NCBI GenBank assembly: GCA_000934665.2
Contig: KZ538320.1
Coordinates: 1-64,000, forward strand
DNA: 64,000 bases
Direction of reading: 5' to 3'
Source of the DNA: Catajapyx aquilonaris
Taxonomy: Eukaryota
The notes beneath the pieces were generated by a model. The model was not told where the DNA came from, ran no database searches, and worked only from the letters and a program-made list of their open reading frames with translations. Both the position numbers and the translations under genes were made by a program. Below are positions 13,141-26,610 of the stretch, piece by piece. Numbering within the stretch: position 1 is the stretch's first letter; each line of letters starts with the position of its first letter.

Positions 13141-13307
13141 TACAGGCGATCCCATTGGTTCGCCCGGGGGGGCGTGTCTGTTCACTCTAATACAGGCGAT
13201 CCCATTGGTTCGCCCAGGGGGGCGTGTCTGTTCACTCTAAGAAATCCGTTCCCTATGCAAGTGAACTTGGCTGAGTTGAGAACACTCACCCCGGACAAAC
13301 AAACAGA
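13141..13307 (+). repeat. 50-bp tandem duplication followed by a family C-related fragment
   Basis: TACAGGCGATCCCATTGGTTCGCCC(G/A)GGGGGGCGTGTCTGTTCACTCTAA twice (13141-13190, 13191-13240), then ...GCTGAGTTGAGAACACTCACCCCGGACAAACAAACAGA. Confidence 0.85.
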
Positions 13308-16300
13308 CAGTTCGTAGTATAGTAGTTTTGCTTCGAGACTTTTCCAGAATTTTGTCAACACTGGCAGAACTGACAAATGGACTCAATCACTGGTGACAGT
13401 GAGTCCATGAGGAGGAGTTCATGAGAGAAGCGCCATCTATATCCCCAAGCCCCCGAAATTCTCGGGGGGGACCATCCAAGGGAAATGTGATTTATGTCAT
13501 GCATGTTGGCGGAACAACGTCGCTTATTTATCTTCCGGCAGACCATCTAGTGCCATGTTGCCTAATTTCATTCCCATCTTATTCTCTGCCGCTATAACTC
13601 TACGTCAGGTTCCGGAGGTTTTTTTGGGGGGAGGTCCGCACCATTCGCTTGTGCGCAACGTGGGCCATAAGTCACTGCTGGAAAGATATATGGCCGTGTT
13701 CTGTTCCTTAGTTCAGATACATACATTTTAAGGGCAGTTATGACGTGTGTGTTCTTGTCTCACTCGCACCATGTTGACCGTGACGTCAACACTTCAACTT
13801 TTTTGACTGGCTGTCAAATTCTGTATAAACTGAAGTTTGCCTATTTAGCTTATTTTTAAGCAGCTACTGTACTGGAGGCGATAAATATTATATGCTAATA
13901 TTAGGTTGCACGTTAACACCATCCAGGAGCAAGTTAGGTTTTGTCAGGTTACATCAGGTTTCGTTACGATGTTGCCACATTATGGCTGAGACTTCCCAAC
14001 ACTCTTTGGCTCGTTTGACAGCCCGTGACAACAGTTGGAGAAACCGGGTTATCGAAGCATCCTCCGGGGGAGAATCCGGATTCCCCCAGGGTAATCCAGG
14101 GGTGCGTTCAGTACCAAGAGACAAGGCAATGCAAAGGGTGGCGTCGCTGCCATCTGATTGGTTGGCCCCGTACAAATCCGGGTGAATCCCAGCTGGTTCC
14201 TTGGCTGGTCTTGAAAGGGAGACCCCCTTTTCCCAATTCCCGCCAGAGATAAGGGCTGAATCGGAATTTATTGTGCTTGAATGGCGGGCCTGAACAAAGA
14301 CTCCCCCCTTTTCAAGGGGAAGGAGGAGGAGGAGGAGAAAAGCGTGGGGGGCACTTGGGAACCCATCTGCACCATGCTTGCTTCCATGTCGGAAACTCTA
14401 CAAAGTGCAATATCGAGACCTCTCTTTTTTTCGTGGAAGTGAAATGGCTAGAGGTATCGAATGAGAAAGCTGGATCCGGAATAGCGTGTTACCGGATCAT
14501 GTGCTGCACATGTTGTTGGTTACGGTCACCTGATCGCTGAAAGTGGAAGGAGCTTGAAACTGGTGAAACCAAGTGAAATCTCTACGTACATATTATATTG
14601 TCACCATTTAATTTGTCTGAATCGTTGCGCATGTAAAATAAATAAAAATTAAATGAAAGCTAATGACATTAGTCGGGCTGAAACTGTTACATTGTTACAT
14701 CGTGAGAGAGATGTTGGGAGAATTATTGATATGTGGGTCTATGTACAGTAATTAAAATCTCAAACTCAAGTGACACCAGTCTGACCACTGCGGCCTATTA
14801 ATGCTGTGTTCGTCTCTTTTACTGTGACAATAATGCGTCATCCCTGTCTCGCAACCATTACTTCACTGTCGATTCCCCGTCAACCCCAGTGCCAACAACG
14901 ACAATGTACCTAACCGTCAATCCTATAGTGTGATAGATTAATTATGAACGAAAAGTAATGAACTTACAACCCTTCATGCAACTACAATATATTGTCAGAG
15001 GATGCAATATGAAACATGACACTTTAAGAGAAATGTGGCATGTTGTAATATTTGTCAGGCTTCGACGTGGTTCTAACGCGATTGAAACATCTGTCGATAT
15101 TCGGCGGGTTTCCTTTTAGTTTTGATCCGTGTCTGGTGTACGCAGTGTCTTGTTGATGTTTAATTAAAATTTAATCCCGTTTTCTTTTGGCCTCGATAGA
15201 TTAATGAAAAATGCATGTCGCCTTCCCTGCTTATTCATGCAGATTAGCAGCCAGGGGAATAAGGAAAAGGCAGAGAGAAAAGCGACACAAAAACAAAAAA
15301 AGAGTAAATTCTTAAATCGCCCCTTGGTTCTTCTGCCTTGGTTGGGGGCGGGAGAAGAACAAGTGCGCTTAAGCAGGAAATGGCGTCGTCGTCGTCGTCG
15401 ACGTCGACTCAGGGATTGTCTTTCACAAAAGAGGGAAAATGGGGGAAGGGAGTTGGATGCATGCAGCTTCCCAAGAATGGAAACAAAGCGTTTTAATTGC
15501 CGGGAGTCGCGCGTCTCTTAGCGATCCTCCGTGTTTTGCAAGGATGTCCTGATGTTACATTCGCGATCAATTTTAAAAGGGACAAGGCGGCTCTGTTTTG
15601 CATACTCTCACTGTGCTGTCAAGCCCCCCAAAAATTAAGGAGAGTTGGAGATGTAGGCAAGAATTATTCAGGCTCGAACTATTGACGCCGCAAGATAATG
15701 TTTTTGATAACGTCTAAAAATATAACCGTTCAACAGTATACCTACTATAAACAGCATTCTATGAAAGGTTGTTAATTGCCTTAGAACAGGTATAGGCCTA
15801 CTGTAAGACAGGACCTTGCGGGCCCAAGGCAGACACAACAACTCACTGTATTTTCCCCAAAAGCTCGTGGCAACATGTCCATAGCAATAAACACAGCCCT
15901 TAGTTTGTAGTTAAGGGCCTGAGTGTATGGAAATAAAGCGACTAAACTGAATACACCGTGGGCTGTTGGTTCTCTGACCGTCCACAGCTCTAAAGGGATG
16001 TAAGGGGTTAAAATGAGGGGTCAATTTTGATTGCTACAAGTAAACATTATTTTACACTAATTTTTTATGGTAGCCTAAACAATCCATAAACACGTCTCAC
16101 TTTACGTTAAACTTTCTTCGCGTTTTCTTATGGTTATTTTTTTTATCAAGCCTCCATTTCGAATATTCCATTACATTATTTTGATGCTTATACTACAGAC
16201 TATCCTTCTGGGTGTAGCCTGAACTTCCTCCGCGAACTTTCCTTTGCAACTGAATTTCCTTGGGATTTCCCCCTTTGTAAGTCCACTCTGGATTTACCTG

Positions 16301-17534
16301 AAAACTTATTAACTACAGTTTCTCATAGGAATTACGATGATATCCTTTGAGATTTCGCAAGGTAATATCGTATATGTGTCAAATAAAGTTACGAGCAAAC
16401 TTACCATGGTTATGCAAAACATACTGATGGTAGCATAACCGCAGAATATTTTTTTGATAGCTAGGGCATATTAATGGCAGTCAAATTACACGATAAATTA
16501 AGATATTAAACTGGGGATTGCATAGTCGCAAGCCTGCCTCCAAAGCAGATATTGCACAAACTCACTCCCGCACTTTTCCAGAAAAATGTCCATAAAAGTC
16601 CAGCAAAAAGGCAGGGGAGGTTTATACTGTACACACCGTGAGCATGTACCGCTCCTCGGGTCCTGTACAGCCACTTGTGCATTGTATATAAGGTGGAAGC
16701 TGCTTTGGAGAAACACTTTTGGATGGAGGCTGAGTGTACTTGGTCGAGAGGACCGCTCCACTTTCTTCTCTTCTTCTTTTTTTTTGGGACTCTTTTTATC
16801 CTGGGCTTGCTGGATGGGGAGGCCTGGAGGTCCATTAGGGATCCGGGCTGCCACCAAGAAAAGCCAGCCGTTCCGGGGCACAACACCCGGATTTCACTTG
16901 CTTTGAATTCTGGGATGGGGAAATGGCTGAAGGGTAAGGCTCGTGGAGATCGACCTGAATTAATTGCAAATTTCTCTCCACTCCTGCACCTTTTATTCAC
17001 ACCATTTCTGCACCGGTGTCACTCTTTCCTTATGCCCATTTTTGCAAAAAAAAATCGGATACAAAAGTCGGATTCCGCAAAAATCCATGCTTTGGTCTGT
17101 AAGTGAAAATTAATAATCTCTTCTCCGTCATATTGCAGGTGCAAAAAAATGATTCGACGCTATAGAAAAGTTTGATGCTGCAGGGATAATATGTAGATCC
17201 AGTTATGCATTTTCCCCCTTGTTAGCGGTATCGACGCGAGCTTAATGAGCACGCGTAAAATGCCCCTGCGAGCTCTTGTGTCCTGTTAGCAACTTTTTTT
17301 TACGCTGCAAGAGTATGTCAGGCACGTAATTAAACTGCAATCAGGCCAGCTCAATTACCACGTATAACCAGGGCTGGAAAAAAGGAGAGGAAACAAGAGT
17401 CAGGTAGTGAGTTTTTTATTATTTTTTATTTGCAATGCAAAGTGTACTGACAAATTGCAACGAATAAACTGTCCAACGATAGCACGAGTGCTGCGGGCCA
17501 CATTTCATCTGGTTTATAAAATCTTCTCTTCTTC

Positions 17535-17704
17535 TCTATAATATTAAAATCCTTCGTTGCATGGTAATGCCTTCTGATTGGTCAGCCTCATATTGTTACC
17601 GCGACGCTTTCGATTGGCTCCCGTAGATTGTTACCGCGACTCTTTCTCAAAACTGCCCATGGGTCGTGCTAATAACATGTCCTCCACCGCGAGGTTTTTT
17701 TTAG
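17535..17704 (+). mobile_element. Possible non-autonomous Helitron remnant
   Basis: Starts TCTATAATATTAAAAT, has an internal direct repeat (GATTGG...ATTGTTACCGCGAC twice), a small CCTC...GAGG hairpin, then TTAG|T (a degenerate CTRR end). Confidence 0.35.
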
Positions 17705-20700
17705 TAAATATATTATAAATACATAATCATCACCTGGTTTTGGGACAAGTGTATGACAACCTTTGCAGTTTGCATGGGACTTGTCAAACCTTTCTAAAGT
17801 ATTATAGCTCCGTTAAACCCGACCCGAAATGGCGCGCAACAAAGCGCAAAGAGGAGGAAGCAGCTCTTTGGCTCGAACTGGCGATAATAGTGATAAAGTA
17901 CACATATGAAGCAGTCGGGGAGTCGTGAAAGAGAGTCCCATCAGGATTGCAAATGGGGCTCGGAGACTAAATTGTCAGCAGTAAACAGCAGGAGAGGAAG
18001 AAGTGGGATGCAGAGAGGGGTTAAGAATATGCTGTTGATTAAATCTCCCATCTTGGCAGATAGGGTCGTATTTTGAAGTGAAAGGGACCCAATGAAACCC
18101 CCCTGCTCTACAAGTTGGAGAACGATGCTTAAACTTGGTGCCAAACTCGTTAACGCGATTTTCGAGAGGAGGAGGAGGAGAAGGAGGAAGATTGTCTGAT
18201 GGAGAAGCCTAACCTGGCCCAGGTGGTGTAGTAGCCAAGAAAACAGATTAATACAACGTTGTTACAACTCGATTAAGTTCTCAACAGTTATTTTCTGACA
18301 CTTGTAGCATAATACGTATTATAGCAACTTGTATTAGTCTTTGTTAACTTGAGCTTGCAGTGCATTTGTTGAGGTTGAAACCACATTTAGCTGTGCGACC
18401 CACACTCTGCACAATGTCTGGCTTTCTGTGCATCAGAAGCACTTTAAGCGAGTCGGATAATTTTGTCCATTTACACTGTACAGTGTACATGCCACCTGTT
18501 ATCTATACCTGCTCCTCATTTGTGTACTTTCACGCTCACACTTTTTCATACCAAGTGGACACTTTTGAAAAATTCATCCGTCCAATTTGGGCCTAATTGC
18601 TACTTGTTAAAAACTTTGTTCAGTTTACATTATGCACCCCAGATAGTTTTTTTTAAAAATGTCACTTGTCAGATAAAAATAAGCCATTAAAGCAAGTTTT
18701 CCTTGGTATTCCTGGCTGCAATGCAGGCATGCATACTCCTGAAAACTACAGGTTCGTATAAGTCATCTATCATTTGGAGGAAACGTCTGTCCAAAAGTTT
18801 TGTGCCCCGTTTGGCCCAGTTTTCACAGGTGAACACCCACTCACTTTATGTCCGGATTATCCCTCCTTCCAGCAACTGGAATTACCTAAGCATCAGCCTC
18901 ATATTTTTCCTCCATTTTTTATTTCTGAAAGGTGAAGAGTCGACTGAGCCTTCTAACAAATTTTTTTTTTCTTCCGAAATTTTCTTTTCGGGCTCTTTCT
19001 CTCTGTGTGTGACTGGGGTTCCTTTTTCTGTGTGCTGGAGGATATTGATCTGTCGGGGTTGGATCCTTGGCTGGATCTGCTGTGGCTTGCTCCCTTACAC
19101 CTACTATAAACCCACCATCAGGAAGTGGATGGGGGGGACTGGGATGCGGGAATCTCCTCAAAGCCAATCAGATTATGGCAAGTGACCACAGGGACAGACC
19201 TACCTATCGTCTCCTATTCAGGGGCTATATGGTGTTGGCTCTTATGCAGATAAACACTGCTGAAATGTGTGGCAAAATTTAAGTCTTAGAAGCAACATTA
19301 GTAATGATCACCATGTAGGTACTGTTACGAACGTATTTAATTTTTAAAATGATAAACATGCACTTTAGGTGATCACGCAGTAAAGAGAGAGGCTTTGATC
19401 CACTTATTTTGCGACTATATCGACGTAAGTTATGCATAAGTTTGCTTTTTTAAATTAGCGTGTGCTTGTACAGTACAAACCCTGTGGGATGTTTTTCATA
19501 CCGTCGCGTCGGTATACTTGATGAGCTCTGAAATAAATCAAGGCTCTCGTGTACCCGTTGTTTACTCTATACTTCACATATTGTTGTCAATATATTATTC
19601 GGAAACATTGTGGACTTGCTTTAAGTTTAATAACTGTACTTTTAGCTACTCCCACATTCGGTGTGTGATGCGAACAATGTTGGAAACTTGATGGGCCCAC
19701 AAGCAAACAGTGTTTCACACACACACAAAAAAAATGATCGCATTGGGTATTCTCTCTGTATTTAAAAACTTCCACACGTGAGTTTTTTTTAAAAAATGAC
19801 CGGAAATTTACACGGGGAACACTCGCCTAGTCATTAATATTGAATCAACTGAAATGGTTGCATTTTCAAACTCGGTTTTAAATGTGTGGATCGCTAAATG
19901 GAAGCCAGGTATAACAAGTGTTACATTCTGAGTACACCGCGGTGTATTTGGCCTGATTTTAATGTTGTAAAGTGCTATTTTTCAGCACTTTGTCCCTAAT
20001 GAATGTGTAATGTTGACAATTAACCCTTGTCAAAAATGGCCCGATAATGCGCATGTACTTAACGAGAATGCGTCAGATCATATCAAAGGAAAACCATAAT
20101 GTACATTGTGATTGAAAAGTACTTAACGCTCATAAATATTTCTTTATGTGGATTTCACTTAAATTTTTCCTGGATAATTTTTCTGCAATCTTTTGGAAAC
20201 GCGGCCGTTTCTAATTGAAATATCAAGCGATTTTATGTTGTTTGCGTTAGTTTCCTCAGTATACACATTGCAATGCATTGATTCCCTATATAAAACCGGA
20301 TTCCTTCAGTGCGTCTGTGTATATTAAAATCCACGCAACAACAGAAAAGCAGAAGCATTTTTTTTTAAAAAAAGGGGGAAAACTGGAGCTCAGGAATAAT
20401 TCTCCCTGAAATTAGCATAGTTTTATTTATTTTTTTCCACCAACATCAAAGGGTCACATTCCACATAAACTGGCCGAATAGAGCAGGGAAGAGAGAATAA
20501 AAAAAAAGATCCACTTACATGCAAAGAATGGTTTGTCTACTGCTGGAGTAATTGCAACTGGATTTTTTTTTTTTGTAGTTTACGTCTGGTTTATATAGGA
20601 AGAGTGAGAGTTTCGTTTTTTTTATATAAAAAAGTGGGGTTGTAAAAGCTAAGGAACGATCCACCAGTTAAACCCAAGGGAAACTGTTGTAATTACGAAT

Positions 20701-23700
20701 TCCATTTCTAGGAAGGGGGCAAGGAACAGTCAAGGAGACTTGGATGGGTAGTCCACATCGTAATATTCTTTTTGGGCAAAGGAGTTTCCTCTTTTCATTT
20801 GTAATTTTTACACACCTCATTTCATGCTTTGTGCATATCCTTTACTGGTTTTTATTTATTTAATTATGTCATTCCAAAATATGACGTGAATGTTGATGAC
20901 TGCTTTAATTTTTTCGTTCGTATGGACAGTCCATAGTCGTTCATTCACCTGATCCTCATGAAGTACAGCGGCAATGCACTAGCACTATTTTTTAAAATTC
21001 AAACTAAAATTGCACAAAAAATATATATATTAAAAGCCACCCTTTTATGAACAAAAAGATTATGTTGAGCGCATGATGTGCTCATTGTGTGCTTTAGGGC
21101 TTGACATGCTTTTATGCACTTGCGGCATTCATACCAAACGAATACCTGATACTACATTAAATCGGAATTGATGCAACGAGCGCTGATTTTGAGTCCGGAC
21201 GACACTGTTAATGAAAGGCGTGTCTTTCAAAGCTTGTGTTTATTTCAGTTTTTTTTTTGGAGGGAGGGTGTGCAGTAGCTGCAGCAAAATATGCGTTTCA
21301 CACGCACTCGTTATGTGTGTAACATCAAAGGAATCAAATGTTTATCATCATTCAGCTTCCGGGTGGGGGATGGGGGGGGGGGAAGCTCTCCCACCTGCAC
21401 ACAGTTTTTTTTTAAAAAAAAATCCTACAGTATTTGCAAATGCAATCGCTGGGATGCGCAGCTTTTCTGCTAGATAAAAGCCGTTTTTTTTCCCGGAAGG
21501 TTGGAAAGGCGAGGAGAACAATATAGGGCGAAACAAAAATAACATGATGAAATTTCCAGCTCGTAGGCATTTCTGTCGGTTTTAAAAATACAAATTCCAT
21601 TATGTTTGAGGAGTTTCTGCCAGATCCTACCCCCATGCCCTATATCCCCCTGTTTTTGTTTTTTTTCTGTATGAATATATCGGGATTCGTGCATATTCAT
21701 AGAGTTTATTCCACTTGGGGATGGGGTAGGTTTGCCAAATTAGGTAGTCCCACTAGTTTGCCCAGCAGCGCGTGCTATTGGCGTCACAATGACAACAACT
21801 GTTTGGACAAATACGGATTTCGGTCTGTGCTCGAAAAAAATACATGTTTGCAATGCTGTGTTTGTGTCTGAAGCGTCTGTACAGTGACACCTAATGGTAC
21901 CAACGAATATGTTTTGTTAAAAATTCTAAAGGAGACGTTTACTGGCTTGTGAGTGAAAATAGCTGTGTATGATGGACGGATGTGTTACGAGTCACCGTGT
22001 AGTTAACTTTCAATCTACTGGGCAATAAAACGTCGAGACCGGAACTGCCAATTCCCCCGGAAAGCCTAAGGCTTGGAAGCAACTTGCAGCTGATTGGTTT
22101 ACTTATTTAAGGTGTAAGTCAGGATCAGGTGCAGAAAAGTTGGGAGTTAAAAAAAATTGGCCAGAGGACTAATCCGGTTTGGCTGAACTGAGGCCTATAA
22201 TCCCATTCCGGATTGGGGGGAGGAGGTTGGGGTGGGGTTTGAGGTCCGCCCGTTCGGAAGTAATGACGCAACTTCCTTATGGTCTTTTATGGCTTCAGCA
22301 ACTGTTTGGAGACGACCTGGTTTGCTTTGCCTCCAGCTAGAGTTCTGTAGGGGGGGTCCTGCCTCATAAATATCGCCCTATGAGTGTTTTATGGGTCGTG
22401 TCTCTGGCGCAAGTGAACAAGCAAATGCACACAGATGGTCCCCGGAAAAAAAAGCTGGGTCTGCACGTGACTTGATTCCGATCCAGAGGCTCAAATATGG
22501 CTGACATGATAATCCGACGCCATCTTGGATTTTTATTACTCATTACTATGAACGCAATTTTGGTGCAATTTTGCTGCAACCGGGCATAGATTATGTGTAT
22601 GAGCTACATTTGTGTGAGCGCTATAGATTCTGCATGGCTTACTTGCATTGCATCTAGTCTCTACCATTCTCCATGAATGACGTTTGCGCACCTGCTGCCT
22701 GTATTCATTGCATGACGATAGACGCATAGTCTTTTTGCACGGTAGACTGGCAAGGCAGGAATTAATGGGCTTGGATTCGCGAGGAAAACAATAATCGTCC
22801 GCATCATTATCCTGTGGGGAGAAGCTTGCAGACTTTGAAAATTAATTTTGAGTATTTGCGCTGCCTGGGAAATGCAGCTTCGTCATCCGGATACGAGTCG
22901 TCGGCTAGGGGATTATTAGGCGTGAAAAGCTCGCTTCCCCGATTCGTTCCTTGCCTGTTACACACTCTAAAAATATAGGAAGGTGTGAGGGAGGCTGGGA
23001 GAGGTATAGGAAATGATTAGCCTACCCCCGGGCATGTCCGCAATCGATAAACTTGTCAAATGGCCCATTTAATCTTAATTGGCCCGCGTTTCGCATTAAC
23101 GACTCGGCACCAGCCAGTTCGGGTTTTGGTTGCATATCGCTACAAGTGCTGGCACCAGCTATTTCATCCGATAGTTTTCATGTGGACCGTGATAAGTTGC
23201 TCTCTTGCGGTCGACACATGATGGCGCAGTTATCGGTGGAAAGTCCGATAATAAGGTATCAGAATTGCTGTATAGAAAGTTGGAACAAACCAGCATGTTT
23301 TTTGCCCTGAAGTGTCATGGCGCCTTCAGCATATGAATGACGTCACTGATGATAATGTGTCAGTGAGGATGGTTGACGTCCGCATAAACTTGTTTGCCAA
23401 ATTTTTTGATCTAGGAGAAGTGCACCTACCGCAAAAGTAGACGATGAGTAAGCAGTGTTATGGCAGATATGAAAGAAAAGTTTTCCGCTTGTGGTTGACA
23501 AAAATTCTTATATTGTCCTGCCTGGCCACTCCCCTTCAGCCTCTCACCACCCTCACTAACTTCAAAGCTTTTGGAAATTGAAAGTTTTTGGAGACTGACA
23601 AGCGTGCCAGGGCGTTCAACTTTTGCAGTCTTTTTTCCCTTCTTCTTCCTTGCTGCTCCCTCCTGCTGAGCTTCTGGCTTCGATTGATTCTTTCACAGGG

Positions 23701-24720
23701 GACGTATCTGTTTATGCTAATAATGGCTTTTCTGCACTCCAGATCCAATATCAAAGGCGACCTAAACCTGGCTTTTTTCTGTAGTCCTTCCCGGTCTTGT
23801 CAAAAAATTGAAATTAACAATAAGTTACAGTGACGTCCAAGTTGGGGGGTGAGGTGGGCCAACCAGTGTTTCCAAAATTTGGCAACGGGGTTCGTTACTA
23901 GTATATGTATATAATCGTAACTTATTTAATTGCGCATTGGATGGGTTAACTCGTCTTGCTGTTTCCTGTCACGTCCGATATTTCGTCTGGGTGCTATAAA
24001 GTCCGCAGTAAGGTTGGAAGTCCGGTGTTTGGTCGATCGCATGACCGGATTGGTCTCTAGAGTTGAATCGTGCCTCCATTTAATTGCCCAAGAGCTGATG
24101 CTCCTGCTGTCCCATTCCGGCCCAAAACGAGCCACTTGGCACCCTTTGGGAACAGCATGCAAAGGACCCCTCTCGGCCACGCTTTCACTTTCCCCCCATC
24201 TCCGGGAGTTTCCATCCTCCACTCCAATCTCGCCTCAACCCCCCTTTTGTTCCATCCTATGCCAGTGTCCTCTGGACATATCCATTCAGGAAAAGGCCGT
24301 GTCAATGTGTCCATTGTCGCCAGCGTCCATCAAGCTGGATGCCATAACGCTGTCCTCTCTATTTAATAAGAGGAGCTTGGACACTGGGACTCGTCGCCTT
24401 AATTGGACGGAAGGCAGCAGACGGAGTCTAGCAATTGCTGAAATCTGCTGCAATATTGGATGGAAGCAATGTTTACGAGGCCAGTAGTGTAGCCAATCAC
24501 AAAGATTTTTGAGAGGGCAGACCATTTGCTAATTTTTGAAATGAAATTTGCGGTTGGATGTCTGGCCAGAGTTTTGTGTCATTCTGTATAACATGTAGTT
24601 TTTCACGATTTTTTGCTTATTATTTTAGCGAATTCATCTACAAATATTTGGACTCGTTGTGTACTGAATATTTACAGTTGATTCTGATGCTTTTCGTTGA
24701 CATTTACTGCGAAATACATC

Positions 24721-24794
24721 CTAGGGGTCTCGGACTTTTCGCCCCCGCCGCGCCGGCTAAAAGTCTGGGGGCGAAAAGTCCGGATCCCATCTAG
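24721..24794. mobile_element. Miniature inverted-repeat element (hAT-like ends)
   Basis: CGGACTTTTCGCCCCC ... GGGGGCGAAAAGTCCG perfect 16-bp arms bounded by CTAG at both ends. No 8-bp TSD is visible. Confidence 0.6.
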
Positions 24795-26197
24795 CTCTTT
24801 CGCACAATTTCTGATGCGATTTCCTCTTTAGACTTCTGGACGTTTCTGGTAACAATCTGCTACACAACTTGCTGATATCTATGCAAAAACCAGTTTTGAG
24901 AAATTCCCATATATCTTGCACATTCAGATGGTCTAGTTTACTGTGGAAATTTTCGCTGACCCGAATTTGCGATTATTTAAAATGCGGAATGCGGTTATGA
25001 TGTGTACCTGTGGTGGAGGCTCGCTGAAATTTTGGTTTTCAGCCGGCTGCGATGGCTTGGACCCCCAAGTACATTTGCGTAATGAATCTGCAGGGGGGGG
25101 GAGGGCGGTCCTGGTGGTGGTAGAGGTAGAACATCCCAATTTTCTAATGCATGGAATTACTCCCGGCAAGCAGCGTTCTTTAAAATTAAGCCCGAATCCC
25201 ATTAGAATAATTTTGGGGGCGCAAGTGTCGCCAAAAATTTTGCAGATGGATTCAAGCTGACCTCCGGGGCCTGACTAACTGAAAACTGAAACCTGGGGTT
25301 TGTTTATTTTTCCGCGAAAAACTCGGGGCCTGTCTTTTTCTACCGCCGTGCAATTTTCTTGTAATGAGGTTTTTGGCCCTCCCCGTGTGCTTTGCAAGGC
25401 TGCATAATGCGATCCTGCTTAATCGACTTATGCTTAGCATATTACCTCCTCTCTGCAAACTTGCAATGGGATTCACGCATCCCGAAATTATCACGGCCAA
25501 ATTGGGTTAGTAGCCGGGGCTAATTTGCTCGGCGCACTTGCTCCTCCCTCTTCAAAAAAAAAAAAAACTTCCATCGGTCCCCCCCTTCATTTTGTTTGCC
25601 GGATAATTTGTCGCTTACCTGCTGGCAGAATAATTGATTGCTAATCAGAGTTGCTTGTCCGCACTGAGATGGCCAGAGTGGAAAGCTTCCGGGGGAAAAA
25701 AATCCTGTTCGCGACAAAGTTTACGCATGCATAAAAAGGTCCGCCATTTTGTTGCAGCCGACTGGAACAATTTGCCAAATTTTGATCGCCTGACTAAATT
25801 TATCCTATAGTGGAAAAAAATTGCTGAAATTTAGGATCCAACTTTGGACAGTGACTTTGGGAGTATCTCCACAGCAAGATGATTGCTCCTCTTCCACCAC
25901 CTCTTCCAACATTTACTCTGCTCCTATTATTGCCTGTTAATTGCTCCCTGGACTTAATCTGCTCCGGGCAGGCCTTCCTTTTTCCACCACTTGTCTTTGT
26001 ACTCCATTTTTCTCTCTCCCTCGTTGCCACACCCCAATGAGAGCTGATTATGCGTATCGCTACTCTTCCCCTTCCACCCAGTGGGAATAACATTTTCTGG
26101 GAATTGCCTTCAGTTGTAAATTTAATGACTATAGCATCAGTGTTCATGGCCAACTTTACATGTGATGTTCTGGAGTGTGGTAATGGAAAGAGGCAGA

Positions 26198-26610
26198 CCT
26201 CTGTTTGTTCATGGTGAGTCATCAGTACTATGTGTGCCAACTATACAGGGTGTCTCAACTTTTTTGTCCGAACAGTTATCGAAAAATTGCACGTAGCTGC
26301 TACTTTATAAGCAGTGACTTGCAAACGGTGGTTTGTCGGGGGAGTGGGGAATGGGGAAAAATAGGGTCTCACATCCCATGGCATGTGTGACCCTCTTTTT
26401 TCCAGGCTTGACCTTCAATTTTCAGCGGGCAGCACGTATATGCCACTTCAACCTACGATTCGCAGGGGAATATTCCCCGCTCCTCCGAAAAATCACCGTT
26501 AGCAAGTCACTGCATGCTTACAAAGTAGCAGCTACGTGCAATTTTCCGATAACTGTTCGGACAAAAAAGTTGAAACACCCTGTATAAGACATATAGTACT
26601 ACGTCCACAA
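26198..26610 (-). repeat. Family C cassette interrupted by MITE A copy 2
   Basis: CCTCTGTTTGTTCATGGTGAGTCATCAGTA...GTGCCAACTA[TA-MITE-TA]...AGTACTACGTCCACAA. The two flanks join into a match to 47141-47230. Confidence 0.75.
26246..26582 (-). mobile_element. Tc1/mariner-type MITE family A, copy 2 (opposite orientation)
   Basis: TA|CAGGGTGT...ACACCCTG|TA. The interior is the reverse complement of that in copies 1 and 3. Confidence 0.95.

Noticed and set aside
17110..17145. Acceptor-like CTCTTCTCCGTCATATTGCAG|GTGCAA as a second ratchet point or exon
   Set aside because: The regenerated donor is poor and no good open exon follows; it cannot be supported without RNA data.
20286..20310. TATA box (CTATATAAAA) with a TCAGT initiator
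   Set aside because: Spacing of about 21 nt is too short for a canonical TATA-Inr promoter.
23930..24487. 185-aa + strand ORF
   Set aside because: Non-ATG start, no recognisable motif, and overlapping ORFs of similar quality on both strands.
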